From: a plasmid
DNA length: 64,000 nucleotides
Strand: one strand, 5' to 3'
Sequence record: CP063550.1
The notes under the pieces were generated by a model. The model did no database searches, had not been told where the DNA came from, and was given only the letters and a program-made list of their open reading frames with translations. Every line of letters starts with the position of its first letter. Position 1 is the first letter of the stretch. This document shows positions 31,202 to 40,705 of this stretch, piece by piece. A program made the translations under genes and the position numbers.

Positions 31202-32134
31202 ATGAATCAGGTGATCGAAGAAACGAAAATCTGGCAAATGATGGGGACAACAATTACATTACAAGTTGGGCATGAAGAGCCTAGTCGATTACTAGCAGAG
31301 TTAGGCGAATGGTTGCACGTTTATGAACATCGCTTCAGCGCACATGATGCAACTTCTGAATTAATGGCCATCAATCAAGCTGCTGGACGACAAGCTGTGA
31401 TTGTACATCCTGAACTTTTTGAGCTCATCAAATTAGGAAAAGCACATAGTTGTGCAAGAAATAGTTATCTGAATATTGCTATTGGTCCGGTTGTACAAAA
31501 ATGGCACATTGGATTTGAAGATGCATTGGTTCCAACAAAAGCAGAGATAACTGAGTTACTTCTGCTAACGGATCCACACCAAATTCAATTAGATGAAAAA
31601 ATGAAAACCGTTTTTTTAACCAAACCAGGAATGATGATTGACTTGGGGGCGTTAGCAAAAGGTTACATTGCAGATAAATTAATTACACATTGCCGAGAGC
31701 GAAATGCAGCGTTTGCTTTAGTTAACTTAGGAGGAAATATCGTTGTTTTTGGTGAATCACCAAGACGTTCGGATGGTGCTTGGCGTATTGGTTTGCGAAA
31801 TCCTAAAGGTTCACGTGAAGAGTCGCTTGCGGTGGTTAAACTAAACAACCAATCTTTAGTTACCTCTGGAATCTACGAACGTTATCTACAAAATGGTTCG
31901 TCAGTGTATCATCACATCATTGATCCGAAAACTGGCTTTCCAGTTAAAAATGACGTAGCAAGCCTGACGATTTTGTCTGATTCTTCTGTAGATGGAGAAA
32001 TCTGGACTACACGTTTATTTGGAGCATCTTCTTTAGAAGTGTTGAAAGCGCTTGAAGAACAGCCGGGTATCGAGGGAGCAGTTGTAACAAAAGAGAATCA
32101 ATTCTTGTATACAAAAGGATTTGAAAAAATTTAG
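31202..32134 (+). CDS. apbE: FAD:protein FMN transferase (ApbE family), apparently cytoplasmic (no signal peptide or lipobox).
   Basis: About 310 aa with the conserved DLGALAKGY(I)AD block and a C-terminal HHIIDPKTG block typical of ApbE. The N-terminus MNQVIEETKIWQMMG is not hydrophobic. Confidence 0.7.
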   Translation: MNQVIEETKIWQMMGTTITLQVGHEEPSRLLAELGEWLHVYEHRFSAHDATSELMAINQAAGRQAVIVHPELFELIKLGKAHSCARNSYLNIAIGPVVQKWHIGFEDALVPTKAEITELLLLTDPHQIQLDEKMKTVFLTKPGMMIDLGALAKGYIADKLITHCRERNAAFALVNLGGNIVVFGESPRRSDGAWRIGLRNPKGSREESLAVVKLNNQSLVTSGIYERYLQNGSSVYHHIIDPKTGFPVKNDVASLTILSDSSVDGEIWTTRLFGASSLEVLKALEEQPGIEGAVVTKENQFLYTKGFEKI

Positions 32135-32176
32135 TACGTGCGAACAGTCAGAAATCGATGTTAGAAAGGAAAGAGA

Positions 32177-32788
32177 ATGAAGATGAAATTTATTGGATTA
32201 GTAGGAACAAATTCAACGCGGTCAACAAACCGTGAATTATTACAGTTTATGAAAAATTATTTTGTAAATGAGGCAGAAATCGAAATTGTCGAAATCAAGG
32301 AGCTGCCACTATTTAACAAACCTGAAAACACAGAACTACCAAATGTTGTTAAAGAAATTGCTGGAAAAATTGAACAAGCAGATGGCGTAATCATCAGCAC
32401 ACCAGAGTATGACCATGCGGTTCCTGCTTCATTGATTAACGCATTAAATTGGCTTTCATATGGTATTTTTCCGTTTGTGGATAAACCAGTGATGATTACC
32501 GGAGCGTCTTATGGCACGTTAGGTTCTTCACGCGCACAAGCACATTTGCGCCAAATATTGGATTCACCAGAGTTAAAGGCACGAATTATGCCAAGCTCAG
32601 AATTTTTATTGGGTCATTCACTCCAAGCCTTTGATGAGCAAGGACGACTCATTGATGAAGAACAAGTCGCAAAATTACGTGAACTATTCAAAGATTTCTT
32701 ACTCTTTGTCACAATCACTAGTCAATTGCAACATGCGCACCAAGCAAATAAACGTGAAGCCGAAAGCTTTTCATGGGAAACGATTTAA
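32177..32788 (+). CDS. NAD(P)H-dependent FMN reductase (flavodoxin-like fold).
   Basis: About 200 aa with an N-terminal MKFIGLVGTNSTRSTNREL block followed by ...ISTPEYDHAVPASLINALNWLS..., the NADPH-dependent FMN reductase pattern. Confidence 0.65.
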   Translation: MKMKFIGLVGTNSTRSTNRELLQFMKNYFVNEAEIEIVEIKELPLFNKPENTELPNVVKEIAGKIEQADGVIISTPEYDHAVPASLINALNWLSYGIFPFVDKPVMITGASYGTLGSSRAQAHLRQILDSPELKARIMPSSEFLLGHSLQAFDEQGRLIDEEQVAKLRELFKDFLLFVTITSQLQHAHQANKREAESFSWETI

Positions 32789-32807
32789 TCGAGGGGAGCA
32801 AACAAAG

Positions 32808-34028
32808 ATGAAATTAATAGGTATCGTCGGATCAGCAGCTGAACTTTCATATAACCGTAAATTATTAACATTTATCCAAAAACAATATCATGAACTATTT
32901 AATTTAGAAATCATTGAAATCAAAGATTTACCTCTGTTCAATCAAGATGATGATCAAACAAATAGTCCTGCTATTCAACAGCTAAATCGCAAAATCTTAA
33001 TGGCTGATGGGGTAATTATTGCTACGCCAGAACACAATCATACGGTTCCAGCAGGATTGAAAAGTGCACTTGAATGGCTATCATTTAAAATCCATCCACT
33101 TGAAAATAAACCTGTAATGGTTGTGGGTGCTTCTTACTACGATCAAGGAACTTCACGCGCGCAATTACACTTGCGCCAAATTTTGGACGCACCAGGCGTG
33201 AATGCATTAGTGATGCCCGGAAATGAATTTTTATTGGGAAAAGCAAAAGAAGCATTTGACCAAGAAGATCGCTTGATTGATCCACGAACTGTTGACTTTT
33301 TAGGCAGTACATTAGCAAGTTTTGTAAAATTCATTAAAGTCGTGTCTACCTTAGCAGGGCCTAAAAAGCTTCCACCAGAAGATTTGCATGCGACAGGAAC
33401 AATTGCTACGACAATACCCGATGTTGATATGTCAGATGATCATTGGTTGGAAAAAGCTTCTGAAGCAGTCGGTGCCGTTTCTGGAAATACTTACGTCAAA
33501 TTAAATCGTGGGTTATTGACAGTGGATCAAATCAATTACTTTTTAGATTCGATGCCGATGGAATTAACTTTTGCAGATAATAATAACCAATTTTTATATT
33601 ATAATTTGCGCCAAGAAGCGAAAGAGATGTTAGCTGCTCGTGTGCCCGGTCAGGTAGGGAATCCATTAGCCAACTGTCACCCAGAAAAATCGTATAAAAA
33701 TGTAGAGTGGGTAATTCAACAACTGCGAAGCGGAGCAACAGATGCGGTACGTGTTCATGTACCAAAACAAGTGCCAGAAAAATATATTGTGCATAATTAC
33801 CAAGCAATGCATGATGAAAATGGAGAGTATGCTGGAATCAATGAATACATTCTTGATTTCAAACCAATCATTGAGTGGTATTTACAACAAACGGGTCAAC
33901 AACTTGTTGGAAATGAAGATGCGGTTTCAAGTGCATCTGTTCATGGTGGAAAAACAGATGCAGTAACCAGCGCCAGCACACACGATGAAACTGCAGTAGA
34001 TGCAGTTTCGAGTGCTTCTGTAAAATAA
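32808..34028 (+). CDS. Fusion protein: an N-terminal NAD(P)H-dependent FMN reductase domain, a central domain of unknown function, and a C-terminal tail with three tandem D-A-V-[ST]-S-A-S flavinylation-like motifs.
   Basis: The start is placed at MKLIGIVGSAAELSYNRKL (RBS gagggg), because the longer ORF overlaps the previous gene by about 160 nt. Residues 1-190 parallel the 32177 protein. The C-terminus reads ...EDAVSSASVHGGKTDAVTSASTHDETAVDAVSSASVK. Confidence 0.6.
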   Translation: MKLIGIVGSAAELSYNRKLLTFIQKQYHELFNLEIIEIKDLPLFNQDDDQTNSPAIQQLNRKILMADGVIIATPEHNHTVPAGLKSALEWLSFKIHPLENKPVMVVGASYYDQGTSRAQLHLRQILDAPGVNALVMPGNEFLLGKAKEAFDQEDRLIDPRTVDFLGSTLASFVKFIKVVSTLAGPKKLPPEDLHATGTIATTIPDVDMSDDHWLEKASEAVGAVSGNTYVKLNRGLLTVDQINYFLDSMPMELTFADNNNQFLYYNLRQEAKEMLAARVPGQVGNPLANCHPEKSYKNVEWVIQQLRSGATDAVRVHVPKQVPEKYIVHNYQAMHDENGEYAGINEYILDFKPIIEWYLQQTGQQLVGNEDAVSSASVHGGKTDAVTSASTHDETAVDAVSSASVK

Positions 34029-34031
34029 AAA

Positions 34032-34840
34032 GGTTCTGTTGCAAAGTTTTAAATAAAGAATAAAGTCCCTTACGGTATCTATGATTTAAGCTGGGATTCC
34101 CAATAATACCTTGATTTCAGTACAGACCGAAAACCCGAAGAGAGTGCCTTCTTTTCGGGTTTTCTTATATAATCCTCGGATGGCTTCCATGCCTTTAATC
34201 GTGGTAGAGGCAGTGCGTAAACTTCGATAGAATTTATTGCGTCTCTTTACTGGACGATGGTCTTGTTCAATCAAATTATTCAGGTATTTAATGGTACGAT
34301 GTTCTGTCCCTTGATAAAAGCCGTATTCTTTTAGTTTCTTAAAGGCACTTGTAATAGAGGGGGCTTTATCTGTGACTACAACCTTCGGTTCATCAAACTG
34401 CTTCACTAACCGCTTAAGAAAAGCATAGGCTGCTTGTGTGTCCCGTTTTTTACGTAACCAAATATCCAAGGTTAAACCATCTGCATCGATGGCTCGATAC
34501 AAATAATGCCATTTTCCTTTAATTTTGATGTACGTTTCATCCATTTTCCATGAATAAAAGGATTTTTTATTTTTCTTTTTCCAAATTTGATAGAGTAGTT
34601 TGCCATATTCTTGCACCCAACGATAAATCGTCGCATGAGAAACGTTAATGCCACGATCATATAAGATTTCTTGAACTTCACGATAGCTAAGGTTATAACG
34701 AAGATAGTAGCCCACGGCTACAATAATCACATCCTGCTGAAATTGCTTTCCTTTAAAATGATTCATCGTCATTCCTCCTGCTATCTTTTTCTATTATTCT
34801 ACCTTATTTGATAGTAGATTTAAAACTTTGCAACAGAACC
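34032..34840 (-). mobile_element. IS1216-like (IS6 family) copy B with an intact 228-aa transposase (34086-34772).
   Basis: It has the same IRs as copy A, and the transposase is near-identical to the IS1216E type. Confidence 0.85.
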
Positions 34841-35119
34841 AAAGAACTCATCAAGCTGGCTAATAAGGGTCAAGATTATGAACATCTAGCAGATGAGATT
34901 GATGAGCTGAGAGACAAGCGACAGCTCCTTTTAGTAGAAGATGCCTCCCTCAGTGGCGAGAACGAGCGAATCAATGAGCTGATTGAATTTATCCGCAAGA
35001 ACAAATTCCGTACCTTAGAGTACGATGATAAGCTTGTAAGGAAGATAATCCAGAGCGTTACAGTCTATGAAGAACACTTCGTCATATCCTTCAAATCTGG
35101 CATCGAAATGGAAATATGA
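34841..35119 (+). pseudogene. C-terminal fragment of a large serine recombinase, truncated by IS1216 copy B.
   Basis: The remaining ...DELRDKRQLLLVEDASLSG...LEYDDKLVRKIIQSVTVYEEHFVISFKSGIEMEI is the typical coiled-coil/C-terminal tail of large serine recombinases. There is no catalytic domain. Confidence 0.5.
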
Positions 35120-35261
35120 AAACCAGAAGTAAATAGCCCATGATTCTACAGTAGAGTCGTGGGTTTTCTTTTGCTTGCTGATTATAATAATATTTTAATA
35201 ACTATTGTTATTATAAACCAAATGATTTATAATATTCTTAGCGTAAACTTGGAGGTGCTGT

Positions 35262-35483
35262 ATGACTACGGCAGAAATGATTAAAGAACTGTGTGAGCAA
35301 ATGAATATAAGTGTTTCCGAACTTGCTAGACGTATTGGACAGACTCCACAGAATTTCAATAAGAAATTACAACGAGAAACGGTAACCTTAGATGAGTTGA
35401 AAGCGATTGCTGATGTGCTAGGTGTCAAGTTTGTGCAGGCTTTTATATTGCCTGATGGCAATGAAATAAAGATAGGTAATTAG
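35262..35483 (+). CDS. XRE-family helix-turn-helix transcriptional regulator (Cro/CI-like).
   Basis: 73 aa, with the HTH ISVSELARRIGQTPQNFNKKLQ. Confidence 0.65.
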   Translation: MTTAEMIKELCEQMNISVSELARRIGQTPQNFNKKLQRETVTLDELKAIADVLGVKFVQAFILPDGNEIKIGN

Positions 35484-35498
35484 GAGGTGTAATTTGTA

Positions 35499-36341
35499 TT
35501 GAAAATCATAACAATAAATGATGTTGAGTATGCTGTATTTGCTGCTAATGAAGGTACTTCCAAACCACAACCTCATATCATAGAAACGAAATCTGGTACT
35601 ATTCCAGAAGGAAAACAACTGAGTTTATTAAAAGAATATCTTAAGCAGAATGATATTTCCCCAATAAAAGGAGCAACAACATATTGGTGCATTGACAAGG
35701 TTCTTAAGCTTGATTCAAGTAAAGAAAAAACTATAAGTGAAACAATCCATAAACAAAAATACTTATCTTTAACTGAAGAAAATATTGAGAAACAGCATAA
35801 GTTTGTAGGTGCAAGCTCTAATTATGGGAAAGAAGGTCTAATAATACATGATGTTTTGAATGCATTTCCTCTTCATAATGATTTAAATACTATTGCGATG
35901 AAGATTGCGGTAATTGATGTAACAAATTCAACACATCTTTCTCAATATAAGAGCAGGTTGTCTCTATATGATTTGGCTAAAGTAATTCTGGAGATTCCAA
36001 ATTTTGATGATCGGTTGGCAAAAGGAGATCCTCAGTTGATAAATATTATCGCAAGGAACATTGGTGCAGTTAATATGTTCTCATTTGCATCCAAGTACTG
36101 TACATATCATAATGTGGAAGTGTGTGGGAGAGATGATTACTCCATCTTTGATGGTATCGTTAAAAATACTCTTCCACACTATATCCAAGGACTAACTACG
36201 AATAAGATTGATACGTGGCGAAGAAGTTTTGATTACGAGGCATTTAACGAATGTGTTGGAAAACTACTTGATGAAAATAATATACATATTCCTTTTAGAA
36301 GAAGAAAGTTAGATCACTTCTTGTGGTATGCGAATAGGTAG
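35499..36341 (+). CDS. Hypothetical protein of 280 aa with a TTG start and no recognisable domain. Possibly Abi/HEPN-like, unconfirmed.
   Basis: The RBS aggagg lies 11 nt upstream. It is closely coupled to the XRE gene upstream and the exonuclease gene downstream. A C-terminal RRRKLDHFLWY is a weak Rx4-6H-like feature. Confidence 0.4.
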   Translation: MKIITINDVEYAVFAANEGTSKPQPHIIETKSGTIPEGKQLSLLKEYLKQNDISPIKGATTYWCIDKVLKLDSSKEKTISETIHKQKYLSLTEENIEKQHKFVGASSNYGKEGLIIHDVLNAFPLHNDLNTIAMKIAVIDVTNSTHLSQYKSRLSLYDLAKVILEIPNFDDRLAKGDPQLINIIARNIGAVNMFSFASKYCTYHNVEVCGRDDYSIFDGIVKNTLPHYIQGLTTNKIDTWRRSFDYEAFNECVGKLLDENNIHIPFRRRKLDHFLWYANR

Positions 36342-36403
36342 AATATAAGAAAAAGGCATCGTAAAAGTGATTCTGGATAAAATTAATGGGGGAGGAAATA
36401 ATA

Positions 36404-38206
36404 GTGGGATTATTTGATTTTCTAAAGAAAAAACAAGGAAAGGTTAGTAAACACGTTGATTATCAACTGGCTTCTAGTCTATTTCGTACTGGTAAAGTTT
36501 TTGCTGAAAAATTGGAAGTGGACATATCAAATGTAGATGAGTTTCGTAAAACTTTTATCGCTTTTGATGTGGAAACAACTGGCCTAAATTCTTCTTCAGA
36601 TAGAATTGTAGAGATTGGTGCGGTGCTATTTAAAGAAGGAGTTCCAATTCAATCATTCGGAACTCTTGTCAATCCAAAAGTTAGAATTGCAGCCTCAGCT
36701 TCGGCAATAAATAATATAACTAATGAAATGCTAAACTCTGCTCCAAATGAGCAGGAAGTTTACCCCCAGTTGGTAGAATTTTTAGGAGATGCACTAGATG
36801 GAAAAATCACTATGTGTGCACACAATGCAAGTTTCGATTTTGGATTTTTAAGTAACACATTTTCTAGACTTGGGTATGATGCTAAAATTAAGTATGTTGA
36901 TACTCTGAGTCTCTCTAGAAAACATATAAAAGGCATTGTAAATCATAAGCAAGAGACTGTAGCGGAATATTTCGGATTAATAAATGACACTGCCCATAGA
37001 GCGGAATCAGATGCAGATATATGCGGAAAGATTTTTTGGGGTGTTTTAGATATTATTGAGGAGTCGTTGGAAGAACAAAAAAAGCAAATAGAAAAGATGA
37101 CTCCAGACATAAAAGAACTTGAAGCTTGTGCTTTTATTCAAGATATTATTGAGAAAAAAGGATGCGACACCAGTTGGATCAGGTATCGAAAAAACAGTAA
37201 TAATTATGTCGATGTAACTTGTCTATATACATTCTTAAAGTTTAAGTTTGCTAAGAAGGGAAATTACATCATTATTAGAAAAGATGCTACAAATGGAATT
37301 GATTTACCTATAGAACCTTGTACTGTAAGTGAAGGCGGTACAACAAATGTGCGAGTCTATTTTCGTAGCCCCTTTGACTTAACGCCTCTTTCAAATTATA
37401 TTTTCAGTGCTTATAGCGATTGTTATAATTCTATGAATGAATATATGAGTGTTAGTAATTACACTAAAAAAGAAGCAGAGCAAAGCCTTAGTATGCTGAA
37501 ATCTATTTCAAAATCAGCGATGAAAGAGTTATTATTCGATGCAAAAAATCGTGGATATGATGAGACTGAAGTTAACCTAAATATTGAAAAAGTGATATCT
37601 AGAGAAGATGTAATTATTAACGGGTTGCATAATCGAGTTTCATTAAACAAGATACGAAATATAGGGAATTGGGAGAAAGGATTTGATGCAGGTTATCCAT
37701 ATTGGGAACGTGGAGAAACTGCTAGGAAAAATGGCAAAGTAGATGAAGCTATTGCACTTTTTGATAAAGCTCGATATAACGGCTATGATGCTCCTGCGCT
37801 ATATGATTCTTATGCTAAAGCTTATCGAAAAATTAAGGATTACGATAATGAAATTCTCATTCTTGATGAAGGAATTATGCGTAAAACACGGCACGATGTT
37901 GGTACTTTAGAGGCTCGTAGGGATAAGGCAATTAAGCTATTATTTGCTAAACAAGAGGCAGAGCGGATAGCTAAGGAAAAATCTGATTTTCTAAAAGCGA
38001 ACAAAAAAGAGGATGCGATTAGTGAGCCTAGCAAGAAGCGTGGAAGACAGATTATTCAAATGACTGATGATGGAACAATAATAAAAGAATTCGATACTAT
38101 AGCTTCTGCTGTAAAAGAAGTTGGCGTTAACTCAAAAAGTATTAGGGATGCTGCAAATGGAGTTCAAAAACATGCTGGAGGATACTACTGGAAATACAAA
38201 GATTAG
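36404..38206 (+). CDS. DEDDh (DnaQ-like) 3'-5' exonuclease domain fused to a roughly 370-aa helical extension and a C-terminal NUMOD1-like DNA-binding motif.
   Basis: The exonuclease motifs are FDVETTGL (Exo I), HNASFDFGFL (Exo II) and HRAESDADI (Exo III, DEDDh). The C-terminus QIIQMTDDGTIIKEFDTIASAVKEVGVNSKSIRDAANGVQKHAGGYYWKY matches the NUMOD1 pattern of homing-endonuclease DNA-binding modules. GTG start with RBS gggggagg. Confidence 0.6.
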   Translation: MGLFDFLKKKQGKVSKHVDYQLASSLFRTGKVFAEKLEVDISNVDEFRKTFIAFDVETTGLNSSSDRIVEIGAVLFKEGVPIQSFGTLVNPKVRIAASASAINNITNEMLNSAPNEQEVYPQLVEFLGDALDGKITMCAHNASFDFGFLSNTFSRLGYDAKIKYVDTLSLSRKHIKGIVNHKQETVAEYFGLINDTAHRAESDADICGKIFWGVLDIIEESLEEQKKQIEKMTPDIKELEACAFIQDIIEKKGCDTSWIRYRKNSNNYVDVTCLYTFLKFKFAKKGNYIIIRKDATNGIDLPIEPCTVSEGGTTNVRVYFRSPFDLTPLSNYIFSAYSDCYNSMNEYMSVSNYTKKEAEQSLSMLKSISKSAMKELLFDAKNRGYDETEVNLNIEKVISREDVIINGLHNRVSLNKIRNIGNWEKGFDAGYPYWERGETARKNGKVDEAIALFDKARYNGYDAPALYDSYAKAYRKIKDYDNEILILDEGIMRKTRHDVGTLEARRDKAIKLLFAKQEAERIAKEKSDFLKANKKEDAISEPSKKRGRQIIQMTDDGTIIKEFDTIASAVKEVGVNSKSIRDAANGVQKHAGGYYWKYKD

Positions 38207-38244
38207 CAGATAATCTAAGATAACCTAGGATCTTCTTAATAGAT

Positions 38245-39284
38245 ACCCGTGGTGCTAGTTAATTTTAATATCCTAAAGAATATCTCAAAGTTCCTTCAAA
38301 ACGTCGTTGTGCTCGACTTAATAGAACACTGTAAGCCAGTAATATGCTTTCAAATCTACTCTCTAGCCCTTTAACAGAACGTGAGTTGAAATTTTGACAA
38401 CCTAATTTTTCTAAGGAAGAAAAAACAGTCCCAACTGTTTTTCTTTGTTTTCCAAGTAAGCTGTGGTCTAGTTTTTCTGATTTATCCATGTTTTTACGTG
38501 GCGGAATGGATATAGTAATGCCCATAAGGGCAAGCTTTTCATGGATTTTATGGCTAATATATCCTTTGTCCCCTAGGATATTGGGAAGATTCGCTTCTTC
38601 CGATAAAGTCTCTAACACTTTCACGTCATGGACACCTGGATTCGTGATTGAGTAAGTAATCGGAAAGCCAGTCTTAGTAACGATCATATGAATTTTAAGA
38701 CCATAAAAATAAGATTTTTTTGTTGAGTTATAGCCAACTTTGGCTATTTGATTCAATAGTTTTGCTTGTCTATTTCTAACTGGTTTACATAATGGACTAG
38801 GAAAACTATCTATAATTCCGACTAGTTCACCTTTGGTGAGCTTCTTGATGAAAAAGTATCGAATAATCTTGATAGTGTAAGCTAAGTTTGAACTTAAGCG
38901 AGTGAATCGACTCCTACTAGGAAAGTCACCATTAGGAAATAAGACGGAACAAACCGCTCTATACGTGGCTCTTTGGCTAGTATAGCCATTAATTATGCCC
39001 CATATAACACAAGCAATAATCACTGTATCGCGTTGCTTCAGTTGATCAGTATTTCTTCGGTTTTTAATCTTATCTGGTACACAATTGTGGTATATGTTAG
39101 AAACAGTTCTCATAATTTCCTTGAATGTTATAAAAGTATCTGTATAATGTTCAGTATATTTTGATGAACGCATATGTAGTCCTCATTTCTTGGGAGTTTT
39201 GAGACTACTATATGCGTTTTTTTGTTGATTTACCAACATGTTTAGACATTTTCCTCTAGGAAAAAATTAACTAGCACCACGGGT
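38245..39284 (-). mobile_element. IS982-family-like insertion sequence, copy 2 (transposase 38265-39173), inverted relative to copy 1.
   Basis: Same IRs as copy 1. The transposase differs by a few residues (K to M, I to V, ET to GT, FF to FS). Confidence 0.7.
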
Positions 39285-39299
39285 TAAATCTATATTTTG

Positions 39300-39556
39300 A
39301 TATACAAATTACAGCTTCAGATACTAAGTTGCATAAACCTTTTCCGGACCCCATACAAAAGGCAATTGATGAATTGGGCATAAAAAATAAGAAACGATTT
39401 ATATTGGTGATTCATTATATGACATGCAAAGTGCGAAAGCTTGTGGGATAGCATTTGGTTTAGCTAAATGGGGAGCCAAAAATATAGAAAATTTTCAAAG
39501 TGTAGATATAATTATTGATTCTCCTCAAGAAATACTTGATTTGTTAGAAAAATAGA
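39300..39556 (+). pseudogene. C-terminal fragment of a HAD-family hydrolase, truncated by the IS982-like copy 2.
   Basis: It reads ...IGDSLYDMQSAKACGIAFGLAKWGAKNIENFQSVDIIIDSPQEILDLLEK (HAD motif IV region) across a frameshift, and has no N-terminus. Confidence 0.4.
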
Positions 39557-39602
39557 CAAAGAGCGTGAGATAAGGATAGGGTCTCACGCTCTTTGTTTTT
39601 CG
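39556..39602 (+). terminator. Rho-independent terminator.
   Basis: A 15-bp perfect stem acaaagagcgtgaga/tctcacgctctttgt followed by TTTTT. Confidence 0.75.
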
Positions 39603-39633
39603 CCATTTAAAGATTGAAATTTTTGCCATCGCC

Positions 39634-40686
39634 GATTGTAAAATTAAGCTAGACAACTAAAAAAGTCATTTGTGCTACACTCAAAATAGTTCCGACCAAA
39701 GAATTATAAGGAGTGAGTACAAATGACCTATACCCATCTTACAACGGATGAACTTGTAATAATAGAGTCTTATTTCAAAATTAATCAATCTGTTGCTAAA
39801 ACTGCCCATTGCTTGAATCGTTCAAGACAAACGATCCATAAAGTATATCTGTTCTTCAAGCAAGGAAAATCAGCCTTAGAATATTATCAACAGTATAAGA
39901 AAAACAAATCAAACTGTGGTAGACGTCCGCTTGTTTTACCCGAGGAACAATCAGAATATATTCAAAGAAAGGTTGTTCAAGGATGGACACCCGATGTGAT
40001 TGTTGGTCGTGCAGCGTTTCCTATTAGTTGTTCTGCTCGTACCATTTATCGTATGTTCAAAAAGGGGCTATTTGATTCTTCTGACTTACCGATGAAAGGC
40101 AAGCGTAAACCGAATGGACATCAAGAAAGACGTGGAAAACAAACTTTCCGCCGCTCTATTCATGAACGTGAAAAGGATTATAGCCAATTCTCAAATGAGT
40201 TTGGTCACCTTGAAGGTGACACTATCGTAGGTCTGAAACATAAAAGTGCTGTAATTACCTTAGTTGAACGATTATCAAAAGTTATCATCACATTGAAACC
40301 GTGTGGTAGACAAGCGATTGATATTGAAAAAAATTAAATCAATGGTTTGAATCTGTACCGAAAAACCTATTCAAATCCATCACTTTTGATTGTGGAAAGG
40401 AATTTTCAAATTGGAAACAGATCAGTAATGTCAATGATATTGCCATTTATTTCGCTGATCCAGGAACGCCGTCTCAAAGAGGCCTAAACGAGAATTCTAA
40501 CGGATTGTTACGTAGAGATGGTTTATTGAAATCTATGGATTTCAATTCAGTAGATGAATTTTTTATTCAATCTGTCGCATCTAAACGAAATAATATTCCT
40601 AGAAAATCACTGGATTATCGAACACCTTTGGAAGTATTTTTGAGTTACGTAAGTATTGATGATCTGTCTAACTTAATTTGACAATT
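39634..40686 (+). mobile_element. IS30-family insertion sequence. The transposase is frameshifted: 39723-40337 plus the continuation to about 40680 in another frame.
   Basis: The N-terminal HTH and GHLEGDTIVG (DDE start) are in frame 1. FADPGTPSQRGLNENSNGLLRR (IS30 C-terminal signature) is in frame 2. The terminal IRs are cgattgtaaaattaagctagac and gtctaacttaatttgacaat. Confidence 0.65.
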
Positions 40687-40705
40687 AAGACATTTAAAAA
40701 GAAAA

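Noticed and set aside
32631-32807. Long N-terminal extension of the ORF-track protein 32631-34028
   Set aside because: It overlaps the preceding FMN reductase gene by about 160 nt in another frame and has no RBS. The start at 32808 (MKLIGIVG, with RBS gagggg) matches the N-terminus of the paralogous upstream reductase.
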